A stretch of 64,000 nt of DNA from Chrysomallon squamiferum (lineage: Eukaryota > Animalia > Mollusca): assembly GCA_012295275.1 (NCBI GenBank), contig CM022677.1:12338001-12402000 (forward strand), in the 5' to 3' direction. Both the position numbers and the translations under genes were made by a program. How positions within the stretch are numbered: position 1 is the stretch's first letter; every line of letters begins with the position of its first letter. This document shows, piece by piece, positions 54,335 through 64,000 of this stretch. The notes beneath the pieces are model-generated. The model was not told the origin of the DNA, searched no databases, and was given only the letters and a program-made list of their open reading frames with translations.

Positions 54335-55042
54335 TTATATGACATACTTCTCCAAATTACTTTTAATGATCTATGTAGAATTATTGCATTATAAAGGACA
54401 ACAGCTTTAAAAGTTTGTAAACATTAATCGGCGTCCGATGCAGCCATATTGGATTTTGATCGGAAGTTTCCGTGAGTTCTCGGAAGTTTTTAAACTTCAA
54501 AATTCAATTATTTTACGTCTACTTTCTGAACTTTTTATGATTTACACAGATAAAGAATAAACCGGCGCCTTTCCTAACTACTTTTTCAATTAAAATAAAT
54601 GAAATAAATAAATAAAATAATTAAATAAAATTAAATGAAAAACAATAAATGAAATAGCATCTTTACTATAATTCATTAAAAAATAATATCATGTTAAATA
54701 AACAAAAAATACAGGAAACTGGTTTGTTAAAAGATAAAGAAAACGCAGGGAATGTTAATAAGCTGGTTCTGTCTGCTACAAAACACTAAACAGAATTGGT
54801 TATTTTCATCTAAAAGCAACAAATCTAATTTACCGTCACCGCGTATATGCGAGGAGTAATCTATTTCATAAGTTCGTGGTCTAAGAGAAACAACTCTATT
54901 TAACACGCACGTTGGTAAATATACAAAAAAGACTGAGTGTTGAGTAAAATTTAAAAAAATAAAAGAAAAAGAGAATTCAAGTCGCTTGAATATAGATCAT
55001 TTACTGAATTTACTAAACTCACTAAAATTATTTTATTAAAAA
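54335..55042 (-). repeat. Dispersed repeat family A, copy 4
   Basis: Near-collinear with 6750-7480. Confidence 0.85.
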
Positions 55043-55044
55043 CT

Positions 55045-55330
55045 AGTAGAATAAGTTGGGGTGATTCTGGCCCCCGAGGTATATTATGACTTGCAGCCGC
55101 TATACTCCATTATGAGATTTCAAAACATAAGGTTAGTGATAAGTTATAACAGATAAACAGATAATCAGTTATTAAGTTCAGCAGAAGAAACTTGATTAAT
55201 ATGTGATAATTAGGCAAGAAATATGCGTTTTATTTTACTCCACCACTTGGGGCAATACTGGCCCCTATGGATGGGGTAAATTTGGCCCCCATATTTGGTG
55301 GTGAAATCAATAGTTTTGGCATTGAAAAAT
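55045..55330 (+). mobile_element. Left end of the same pogo-like element as at 7483
   Basis: TAAGTTGGGGTGATTCTGGCCCCCGAGG...CTTGGGGCAATACTGGCCCCTATGGATGGGGTAAATTTGGCCCCC; retains subterminal repeats deleted from the 7483 copy. Confidence 0.65.
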
Positions 55331-55557
55331 ATCTTAAATTTAGTAGAGACAAGTTATCGAGAAATAAGTAGAGACAAGTTATCGAGAAATAAGTAGAGAC
55401 AGACAAATATAGAAAGGCTGATACATGGGATAGACAGATCTAGTTAGACAAGAGACACTATAAGAGATACAGGAAGAGAGACAGATAGAAAGGTAGAGGG
55501 ACAGATGTGATCTAGGTAGTAGAGAGAGGTAGAGCCAAATGATAGAGAAGATAACAG

Positions 55558-55960
55558 GTAGGAAAGCTGAGACATGGGACAGACATAGAGAGACAGAAAC
55601 ACATAATCAAGATATAACTAAAGAGATAGAGAAAGTCATGGGATAGAGATATAGGTGTAGAGAGTGATGTAGACAAGTGGCAGAGATATAGGTGGAGAGA
55701 CAGAAAAAAGTGAAGATATATAGAGAGTGATATAGACAAGTGATAGAGATATAGCGAAAGGGGAAAGTGACGGAGATAGGTGGAGAGACACAGACAGGTA
55801 ATTGACATGTAGGAAAGCTGAGACATGGGACAGACATAGAGAGACAGAAACACATAATCAAGATATAACTAAAGAGATAGAGAAAGTCATGGGATAGAGA
55901 TATAGCGAAAGGGGAAAGTGACAGAGATAGGTGGAGAGACACAGACAGGTAATTGACATT
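55558..55960. repeat. Purine-rich GATA/GACA-like tract with an internal duplication of about 250-bp period
   Basis: GTAGGAAAGCTGAGACATGGGACAGACATAGAGAGACAGAAACACATAATCAAG... at 55558 and 55809. Confidence 0.8.
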
Positions 55961-58204
55961 TAGGCAGAGATTGATTTGGGATACAGGTATGTGTAGAGAG
56001 ACATAGAAATGATACATTTATCAGTAGAGAGATAGAGAAGTGATAAAGGCAGAGAGAGAAACAAGTGATAGATATTCACTATATAGATGAACTGATGATG
56101 AATGATAAAGAGACAGGTTGATAGATAGACAGACAGGTTGACAGATAGATAGTGAAAAGCATGGTTACATGGATTGTAGATGTTATAATAAGGTCGACTG
56201 GTTAGACTAACATACAGAAACACAGAGTGAACAGGCAGACAAACACGCAGATAGCGAGAGAAAGATTAATGGACAGAATAACGGATTCGGACAGTTAGAG
56301 ACACATATTAGAGTGACAAATATGTCCAAATACTGAACAGTCTAAAGAGAGTTTCAGAGAGAGAAAGAGAGATGGATAGAAACAAACACATAGATAGCTA
56401 GATAGATTATATGGACAGATAGCTGGACAAACAGGCAGAAGGTTTTAATATTTATAAGTTTAACAGAGAGACTGATGAACAGACCCACAGTGTTGACACA
56501 TTTACATATTTACAGAACGAGAAGAATAGATGAATAGACGAACAGACAGACAGAGAGTCAGAAAAACGATTAGAATGCTGGATGAATACAGAGATTGAAA
56601 GACAGAAAAATAGAAAAAATAGATATGGAAATTTATAGAAACCGGTATGGCAAGGAAATCATATGCTGCTGCATCAAAGTATCAGCCAGATGTTTTAAAA
56701 TTGATTTAATGTTGCGATAATGAAACAAAAATTATCACACAGATATTTAAAATGCAACAAATGCTGAATAAAAGCAAAATGAAACTATTGTAAAACACTT
56801 TAATCATACCTAAATTCAAATGTGTTAATTTTTACGTTTTATTACCTTCCTTTTCTTTCTTTTTTTTCTAATTTTTTTTTTGTAAATATTTTCTGTTGAC
56901 TATTTACACCTTACAATAGGTAAATATTTGTTATTTTGTTTTAAAGAGTAATTACTGATATTATCGAGCAAAAATTAAAATAGAGGGAGTCAGGAATGCT
57001 GACTTGTTTCTATAGATTTATAACAGCCCATACTCTGATGCACATATTATACTAGCAGAAATGTCGTTCCTATATAGCGCATACACTCATCATGAAGAAA
57101 TAATAAATAATAATAATAAAATTCAGTTTTACAAAGCAAATAATGTCATTTATTAATAACTTCTTCTTTTTGTTTATTTATTTATGCAAGCGAGGAAAAG
57201 ATATAACAATAACAACAACAACAACAACAAATAATAATAAGAAGAAGAAGAAGAAGAATAGTACGAAGAAGAAGAATTCGCGATATTTTTTCGAGCGAAC
57301 TGACTCATTTTTAAGAAGATAGTTCTGTAAACGTTGGAGTTTACTCTGGTTCTAAAAACATTACGTTCTCTTGTTTGAGTATTAGGGCCATCGCAAATAA
57401 AGTAATAGTAATAATACATACAAATCACCATAGCGCTTTACAAAGCATTTCATAATATTCTGACATTTAAAAATACGTCTATACTGCTCAGCTTTTGGTG
57501 GAATAACTTCCTGTGAATCATTAATGAATACACCCAGTAAGTAGTAGTACAACATTTTTTCTTACTTCTAAAATAAATGTTTTCACTTAAGGTCTATTTT
57601 GTTAACAGATGCTTTACTCGAAACGATTTATCTTTTGAATATTAAAAAAGTTTTGTACATTTTTGTTATTTGTTTTATAATTTTGTTTTTGAGCTAATAC
57701 TGCGGAATGTATCTAGGTAGCCAGTGACTGGTTGACCTAGAGACTAACAACGTCAGACTAGATTTATTTGTTCATTGAGGAATGTCTCACCCTCTCTTTT
57801 ACTGAGCTTTTTATTAAAAAACTCTTCTATATCGCTTACCTAAACACCTCAGTGGACTTTTCTCTTTATTTACGTTTGATTGCCACTGTTTATTTGTAAT
57901 AGTTTGTAAAGTTTCTGTCTTGTTTATTAAACTGTTTACTGTGTTGGTAGATCGGAATATAAATTGTTTGTTTCAGTCAATGTTTACTTACTCGAGCTGT
58001 TTTTATTTTTATTTTTATGTTTTGTTGTTGTTTAATAGTTTTATGAGTATTGTATTAATGTCTGCTAATATCACGTTACTGTACAGTATTTATTTACTTA
58101 ATGTCTGCTAATATCACGTTACTGTACCCTATTTATTTACTTAATGCTGCTAATATCAGAGTTTGCAAGATTAATAACTTAAAACTGACATTTAATTAGA
58201 TTCC

Positions 58205-58455
58205 ATATCGAGATTCTTCCTGATTTTTTTCTGTTCTTTGTTTCTGAAGGCTCATCCACATCCAAAATCTGTATATTTTTCATTTTGTCTGCAAGGCGAC
58301 CTAACTAATAGCAGTGATCTGCATATACATTATTCATTTATAAAACCCGTTTGCTAATCTTGTTGCTAATTTGTTTGTATTTTTTGAGAAGAAACAGAGC
58401 TGCAAACAACCCTTCTAAATCTTCATCACTTGAGAAGTGCGCCACTTCTAAATGA
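58205..58455 (-). pseudogene. P4HA: Inverted fragment of prolyl 4-hydroxylase alpha (longer than the 52.1 kb fragment)
   Basis: Minus strand: EVAHFSSDEDLEGLFAALFLL...LATRLANGF...ADHCY*LGRLADKMK, matching LNATRLADGF...SAEDCY.LGRLAYKMK in the forward copies. Confidence 0.75.
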
Positions 58456-58667
58456 CAGCTGTAATGCACATTTTAATGTTTCTTTTTCTTCTTGAGGAGT
58501 GTTTTTTCTTCTGTATCTTACTTTATTCTGACATAAATTATTAATGTAATTTCCATCATATAGATAGAAAGACAGACAGACAAATAGAAAAATAGGTAGT
58601 TACATATAATCAAAGGATAACAGAAACATAACGCACCGAAAGTGTTTCACACACAGACACATAAACA

Positions 58668-58705
<38 letters not shown>

Positions 58706-58950
58706 CTCGGAGATAAAAACAAATGTACAACAAATAAGAAAAAGTAAAAATAATAAAATAAATAAAATAAACAAATAAAATGAAACAGAAATGAAACATA
58801 AAATAATGAAACGTGTCATTTTATCCCTCCCCCATCAGTTTAATAACCTGCATATTATAAACTGATATATATTTAGAATTATATTCATCATAACTCTATT
58901 TTTATACCAGATATTAAGGTATTCATATCAGTAGTAGGATACCTTCAAAT

Positions 58951-60399
58951 ATGTATCAGCAGTACACTATTTTGGTTTTGCTTTTATCAGCTGTGAATTC
59001 AGAACTGTTTACGTCCGTATCACATCTGCACAACTCTGTACTAGCAGGAAGAGACTTGGCAATAGCATTAAGAAATTTCAGTCATGTTTGTAAAGAAGGA
59101 ACTAAAATGGAAAAGTTGAAAACAATTTGAGATCAAATAGAACAGCACTGGTAAATTTTTATATATTAAACGTTTCACGTTGGACTGGGGACGAGATGTG
59201 CAGCCTATTCTTCACGAAAGTATTACGTCCCAGACAGAGCTGACTGAACTACAAGAAATTCGTGAACATCTTCCAAGTTACGAAGATTTAGAAGGGATCG
59301 CTGCAGCTCTGTTTCGACTTCAAGACACGTACAAATTAAATACAAGATTAGCAGATGGTTTTATATATGAACGATATATACAGAGATTATCAGCAGAAGA
59401 CTGTTATCACTTAGGTAGCCTCGCATACAAAATGAAAAAATACAACTATGTACATATTTGGATGGACATCATTCTCGAGAAACAAAGAACGGAAACAATT
59501 CAGAGAGTATTTCATGACTATGAAATTAACGGTAGAGAATTAGCGGGACAGATAGAACACGTTTTAAATCTGACAAATGAACAGTTACTTTTAGCTCCTA
59601 GATTAGAACGTGCTCCGAATAGAAGGAAAAAGTATTCAAGGACAGAAAAGAGAAAAAGAAAATGCCAGAGTTAAAGAAAAAACAACTTTCGATGCTCTCT
59701 GTCGTGGTGAAGACGTTATTAAAGTACGACAGCGACATCGTCTGAAATGTCGCTACCATTACAACAACAAAAATCCGCTTCTAATTCTTAAGCCTGCCAA
59801 AGAAAAGATTCTGCATTTCTCACCGAAAATTGTTCTCTATCATGATTTTATCAGTGAGGCTGCAATTGAAGACATTAAAACAGTTTCTTTTGCCACTTTT
59901 AAAAACATCTAAAATTAGTCACTATGGAAACATTTTCAAATCTGAGATAAGAATTAGCAAAAATACATTTCTAGGAAGAGCTTTCACAGAAGCAGACAAG
60001 AGAATTCAGAGAAGAATTGAAGCAATCACAGGTCTTTCAATGAAAGCTACAGAACCACTTCAGGTGGCAAACTATGGAATAGGCGGACAGTTCACGGCTC
60101 ACACTGACTATTTCAACATAGCATATTCTTCCAGTGAAAACAGAATTGCCACGTAGTTAAACTATTTGAGTGATGTAGAAGGAGGTGCAACAGTGTTTCT
60201 TCATCTTGGTGTAAGAATACAACCTAAAGCAGGTGCAGCTATATTTTGGTATAATTTATATCGGAATGGTTCACCTAACAAAATGACACTTCATGGAGCT
60301 TGTCCAGTTCTGATTGGCTCTAAATGGGTATCAACTTACTGGATTCTAAAAAAAGGACAAGTATTCAAGCGACCATGTTCCACAAATCCAAAAGAATAA
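58951..60399 (+). pseudogene. P4HA: Intronless collagen prolyl 4-hydroxylase alpha subunit pseudogene, copy 2
   Basis: Signal-peptide-like MYQQYTILVLLLSAVNSELFTS; N-domain and TPR-region motifs; catalytic EPLQVANYGIGGQFTAHTDYF (HxD), NRIAT, SDVEGGATVF, TLHGACPVLIGSKWV, RPC. In-frame stops (KTI*, RIAT*) and frameshifts. Confidence 0.93.
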
Positions 60400-61324
60400 A
60401 TGAAATACGATGCAGCTTTTAATGTGCGCAGATGCTAGAAAGAGATTTCTTTGTTGTTTGTAAATTTTTTCCATAGGTGTTTATGTTAAAAAAAGAAAAA
60501 TAAATAAAAATATATTTAAAGTATTTCTTATTGCATGTTATTGATTTTTTTTTTTTTTATCGTGCTTTTTTTTTTTTTTTTTTTTTCATTTCTTCTTTCT
60601 TTCTTGCTTAATTCCGCAGTATTTTTCAAAGATGCCTGTTTGTGTAAATGATTAGTCTCGTTCAAAAAACAATGATTACGTCTTCTTGTCGCTTGAAAAT
60701 GTAAATGCTACACTGTCTTAGGTAAAAGATACAACGACAAACCGATATAAATATGCTTGCTGCATTGTAATAGCTGTTATAATAGCTTGTTCTTGAGATG
60801 AAAATTAAAGATCGTTTTAACTGTAAATGTTTATCTTTAAATATTTTTAAGGGTGTTTAATTAATTAATTAATTAATTTATCAGAAAATGAAACGCCAAA
60901 ATAATCAAAGATGATGTATGTGAATATTTATAATATTATTATTTTTTTAAATTGTTCTTTTTTCATAGGTCTGTAATTTAACCTCAAGTAGTTCAAGTTT
61001 TTAGTTTTAGTGAAACATTTCACCATTATTTCAACAAAGAGGGAAACGTCAAACCAGTATACACGTGTTTGATCAAAGTATTAACACTGGCTACTTATTT
61101 CAGCCAAACGTCGACAAGTCTGTTTTGATATGTACACCAAATTCTTATTATCACTAGTAAGTAATGGTTTACACTGCTTGTAATAACTTAAGTCATACAT
61201 ATATATATATTAGCAGTCCATTGTAGATGTAAATTGTCATCAAGTATCTGTTGTGATAAAAATGAGGTCAACAAACAAGTATATTAGAAACTGGCAATCT
61301 CTCTCTCTCTCTCTCTCTCTCTCA

Positions 61325-61364
<40 letters not shown>

Positions 61365-61690
61365 CACATACACACACACACACACACATAAAACCGCTTA
61401 TTACTTGTTATTTCATTGAGGTAAAATAAAAATACATTCGTATAAAATAAACTTCTTAAGTAATATTTTGTATAGTTTTACTTGATTAAATTGTATAATG
61501 AAAATGTATAAAATTCACCACATTGATGCGATTCAGTATATTACTATTTCATTTTTATTTTACAGAATTATCATAAATGTCAGTACTCGCTGTACATTGC
61601 ATAAATTGTCCTCGAACATTTCAGATGGCCGGTTTGTTGTAAGAATATAAAACTGTATTTATTACGTGATGAATAAATGAAATTATTATA

Positions 61691-61732
<42 letters not shown>

Positions 61733-61830
61733 ATTTTAACTGTACACAATGGACTCTATCGGGAATCTATTATTAACATAAACTAATCTAATCCGGATAA
61801 ATCCTGGTGCAGATTTCAGAACAACAGAAA

Positions 61831-61968
61831 AGTTTATATAGTAATTACATTGTTAACAACGGAACGCAGTTTTCTAAGTATTCTCATTTGTTAAAGAATA
61901 GTTTATATAGTAATTACATTGTTAACAACGGCTCGCAGTTTTCTAAATATTCTCATTTGTTAAAGAAT
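61831..61968. repeat. 69-bp tandem duplication
   Basis: AGTTTATATAGTAATTACATTGTTAACAACGG..CGCAGTTTTCTAA.TATTCTCATTTGTTAAAGAAT twice. Confidence 0.9.
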
Positions 61969-62394
61969 GACGGCAATTTGAACACAATCAGACTGAACTG
62001 ATCGCGCTTTTGAAGGGTTAACAATGACACTAAACTTCTTGTAATTACTACGTGCATCTAGATGAACAATATTATTGTTAGTTTTTCACGTTTTTCTATT
62101 GTGTAAACAGAAAGATTTAGCTACGTAGTGACTATTATATGAAATTGTAGAAAACCAGAGAGAAAACGAAATAAAAAATCTGAATGGACTGACGATACAA
62201 GCAAACCTTCGTACCACTGGTTATCTTAAAATGAGAAAAAAATTAAGTCTTTTGCTGCTGTTATCGAAATCAGCTTTTGCTGCTGTTATCGAAATCAGCT
62301 TTTGCAATTAATGTTAAACTTGGAGGCCACGACAGAGAAATTTGGAGAGAAATATGAAAAAAAAAAGAAAAAAAAAAAGAAGAAAAAAACATTC

Positions 62395-62895
62395 ATCAGT
62401 GACAGACTATTTTTTCACTGACAGTTAACCTTTAACATTTGTTAATATTCTAGTTTTATATTATTTTAATCTTTATAAATCTGTATTTATTTTTTATTAT
62501 TTATATTTTAGTTATTTATCACATATTAATAGACACGGCATATTGTTTATATTATGTAAATTGATATATGCTATTCCTGGAACGTACCTACACATTCACA
62601 TTTATTACTCTTTATACAGCTTTATACGTTGTTTCGTTTTCAGCGATTTGCTGTGGTGTGCAGTGACTTACACCGAGAACCCCATAAACAGAAGAAAGAA
62701 AGAAACTATAGCTGAAGGGAGATTACTCTCATATGATAATAATTTTGTTTTGTGTGGTGCGGGATTCCTGCCGTTATTTGCGGTATTTGTTATTTATGAA
62801 TTTTGCAGATAAATATAGATCCTAAAAATCACGAAGAGTTGATTTCTTTATATATATATACAGGTAATAGTAGAATATTTCTTTCTTGAAATGAT
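62395..62895. repeat. Dispersed repeat family C, copy 2
   Basis: Matches 11370-11925. Confidence 0.85.
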
Positions 62896-63204
62896 TGTTG
62901 TTGTTGTTTTTTGTTTTTTTCTAATTTAGCTTGTCAAATGTTTTATCAGACAGTGTGTAAGTGCATGTGTGCATGTGTATGTATTGTATGCACGGATAGA
63001 TAGATAGATCAGATAGATCCTGAAGTCACTATCAGTAATTGCAATATATGATCACTAGATAAGTTTCTATATTTTCAGTCAGTAAACAAAAACAATGTTA
63101 CTTTTTTTAATATTTAATTACCAGTTTAATCGTAAAAGCCCCTAGTGCCTGTACAAACTTCAGCAGCTCCATCCATATGCAGGACAGACAGTCGGTGTGT
63201 GGGT

Positions 63205-63368
63205 GACTAGGGCAGGGAGGTGGATAGGATAAAAACGGGTGAGCTTAGGGTCCCGGACAGAAAAGTTGAGTTGAACACATGCCCTCCCGCTCTACCCCAG
63301 AAGCACGGGCTGTCTGCCAGGGGAAAGTGTTCTCACCTATTTTTATCTATCCGCCCCCTGCCCTAGTC
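63205..63368. other. GC-rich long imperfect hairpin (39/37-nt arms, about 88-nt interior)
   Basis: GACTAGGGCAGGGAGGTGGATAGGATAAAAACGGGTGAG (63205-63243) versus CTCACCTATTTTTATCTATCCGCCCCCTGCCCTAGTC (63332-63368): 34 Watson-Crick pairs, 2 G-T, 1 mismatch, 2 single-base bulges. Confidence 0.85.
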
Positions 63369-63419
63369 CCCGGCATTTTTCGAGATTCCATTTATCCCAT
63401 ATGGATAATTAGCGTACGT

Positions 63420-63770
63420 AAGCTTAGTGAGTACATCTCACGTAAGGCTAAAGTTGCCAGCACATATCACTAAAGGGAGATAACTCTAATCGATATAATT
63501 TTTACTTTATTTAGTGAGTACATATGACGTAAGGGAGATAACTGTAATCGATACAATTTTCACTTTGCTTAGTGAGTACATCTCACATAAGGGACATAAC
63601 TCTAATCTATGTTTGTGAACACATATCACTAAAGGGAGATACGTCTAATCGATATAATTTTTAATTTGTTTACTGAGTACATCTCATGTAATGGACCTAA
63701 CTCTATTCTATGTTTGTGAGCACATATCACTAAACTGTAATCAATATAGCCTTTACTTCGCCGAGTAAAC
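63420..63770. repeat. Modular direct-repeat array downstream of the hairpin
   Basis: Modules TTAGTGAGTACATCTCAC.TAAGG (4x), GGGAGATAACTCTAATCGATATAATTTT (3-4x) and CACATATCACTAAA (3x) in shuffled order. Confidence 0.85.
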
Positions 63771-63851
63771 TCCTCCCACCTCTGGTGACACATCACGGGG
63801 TATGACCCATGTTATATATAAAGAAAGTGATGTTTCCACAATATTTCGTAG

Positions 63852-64000
63852 ATGAATCTGGAATCGGAAAGTACTGCTGATGTCTCCAAAAACGCCGAGA
63901 TTCAATCCCACGATCTCACACATATGAACATGCTTACAAGAAACATTAAAGTTTCAACTTGGTTCAGTACTTTCACAATGGGTGAGGGTGGGGTACTAGG
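63852..64000 (+). CDS. 5' portion of an ORF running off the window (MNLESESTADVSKNAEIQSHDLTHMNMLTRNIKVSTWFSTFTMGEGGVL...)
   Basis: 49 stop-free codons starting about 30 nt after TATATAAAG (63815-63823); too short to assign a product. Confidence 0.35.
   Translation, partial: MNLESESTADVSKNAEIQSHDLTHMNMLTRNIKVSTWFSTFTMGEGGVL

Noticed and set aside
63420-63770. CRISPR-like appearance of the repeat array (also the 40-bp and 66-bp arrays)
   Set aside because: No unique spacers, no cas genes, eukaryotic context.

Overview
A very AT-rich, microsatellite-dense eukaryotic window. It is metazoan and carries TTAGGG-type repeats, so probably a non-arthropod invertebrate (inference). There is a 200-N scaffold gap at 45834-46033 and no clearly intact conserved host gene. 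Main contents: (1) a decayed but near full-length parvovirus-like capsid (VP) gene at 18456-20769 with no NS1/Rep or PLA2 motif visible; (2) a compact two-exon orphan gene just downstream; (3) at the right edge, a GC-rich long hairpin followed by modular repeats, a TATA box and an ORF running off the window, resembling the left end of a parvovirus or mobile element; (4) two intronless prolyl 4-hydroxylase alpha pseudogenes, each preceded by an inverted P4HA fragment; (5) Tc1 and pogo-like transposon relics; (6) an interstitial telomeric tract beside a large inverted duplication spanning the gap; (7) several dispersed repeat families carrying promoter- and exon-like signals. All family assignments come from reading motifs by eye; no database searches were run.
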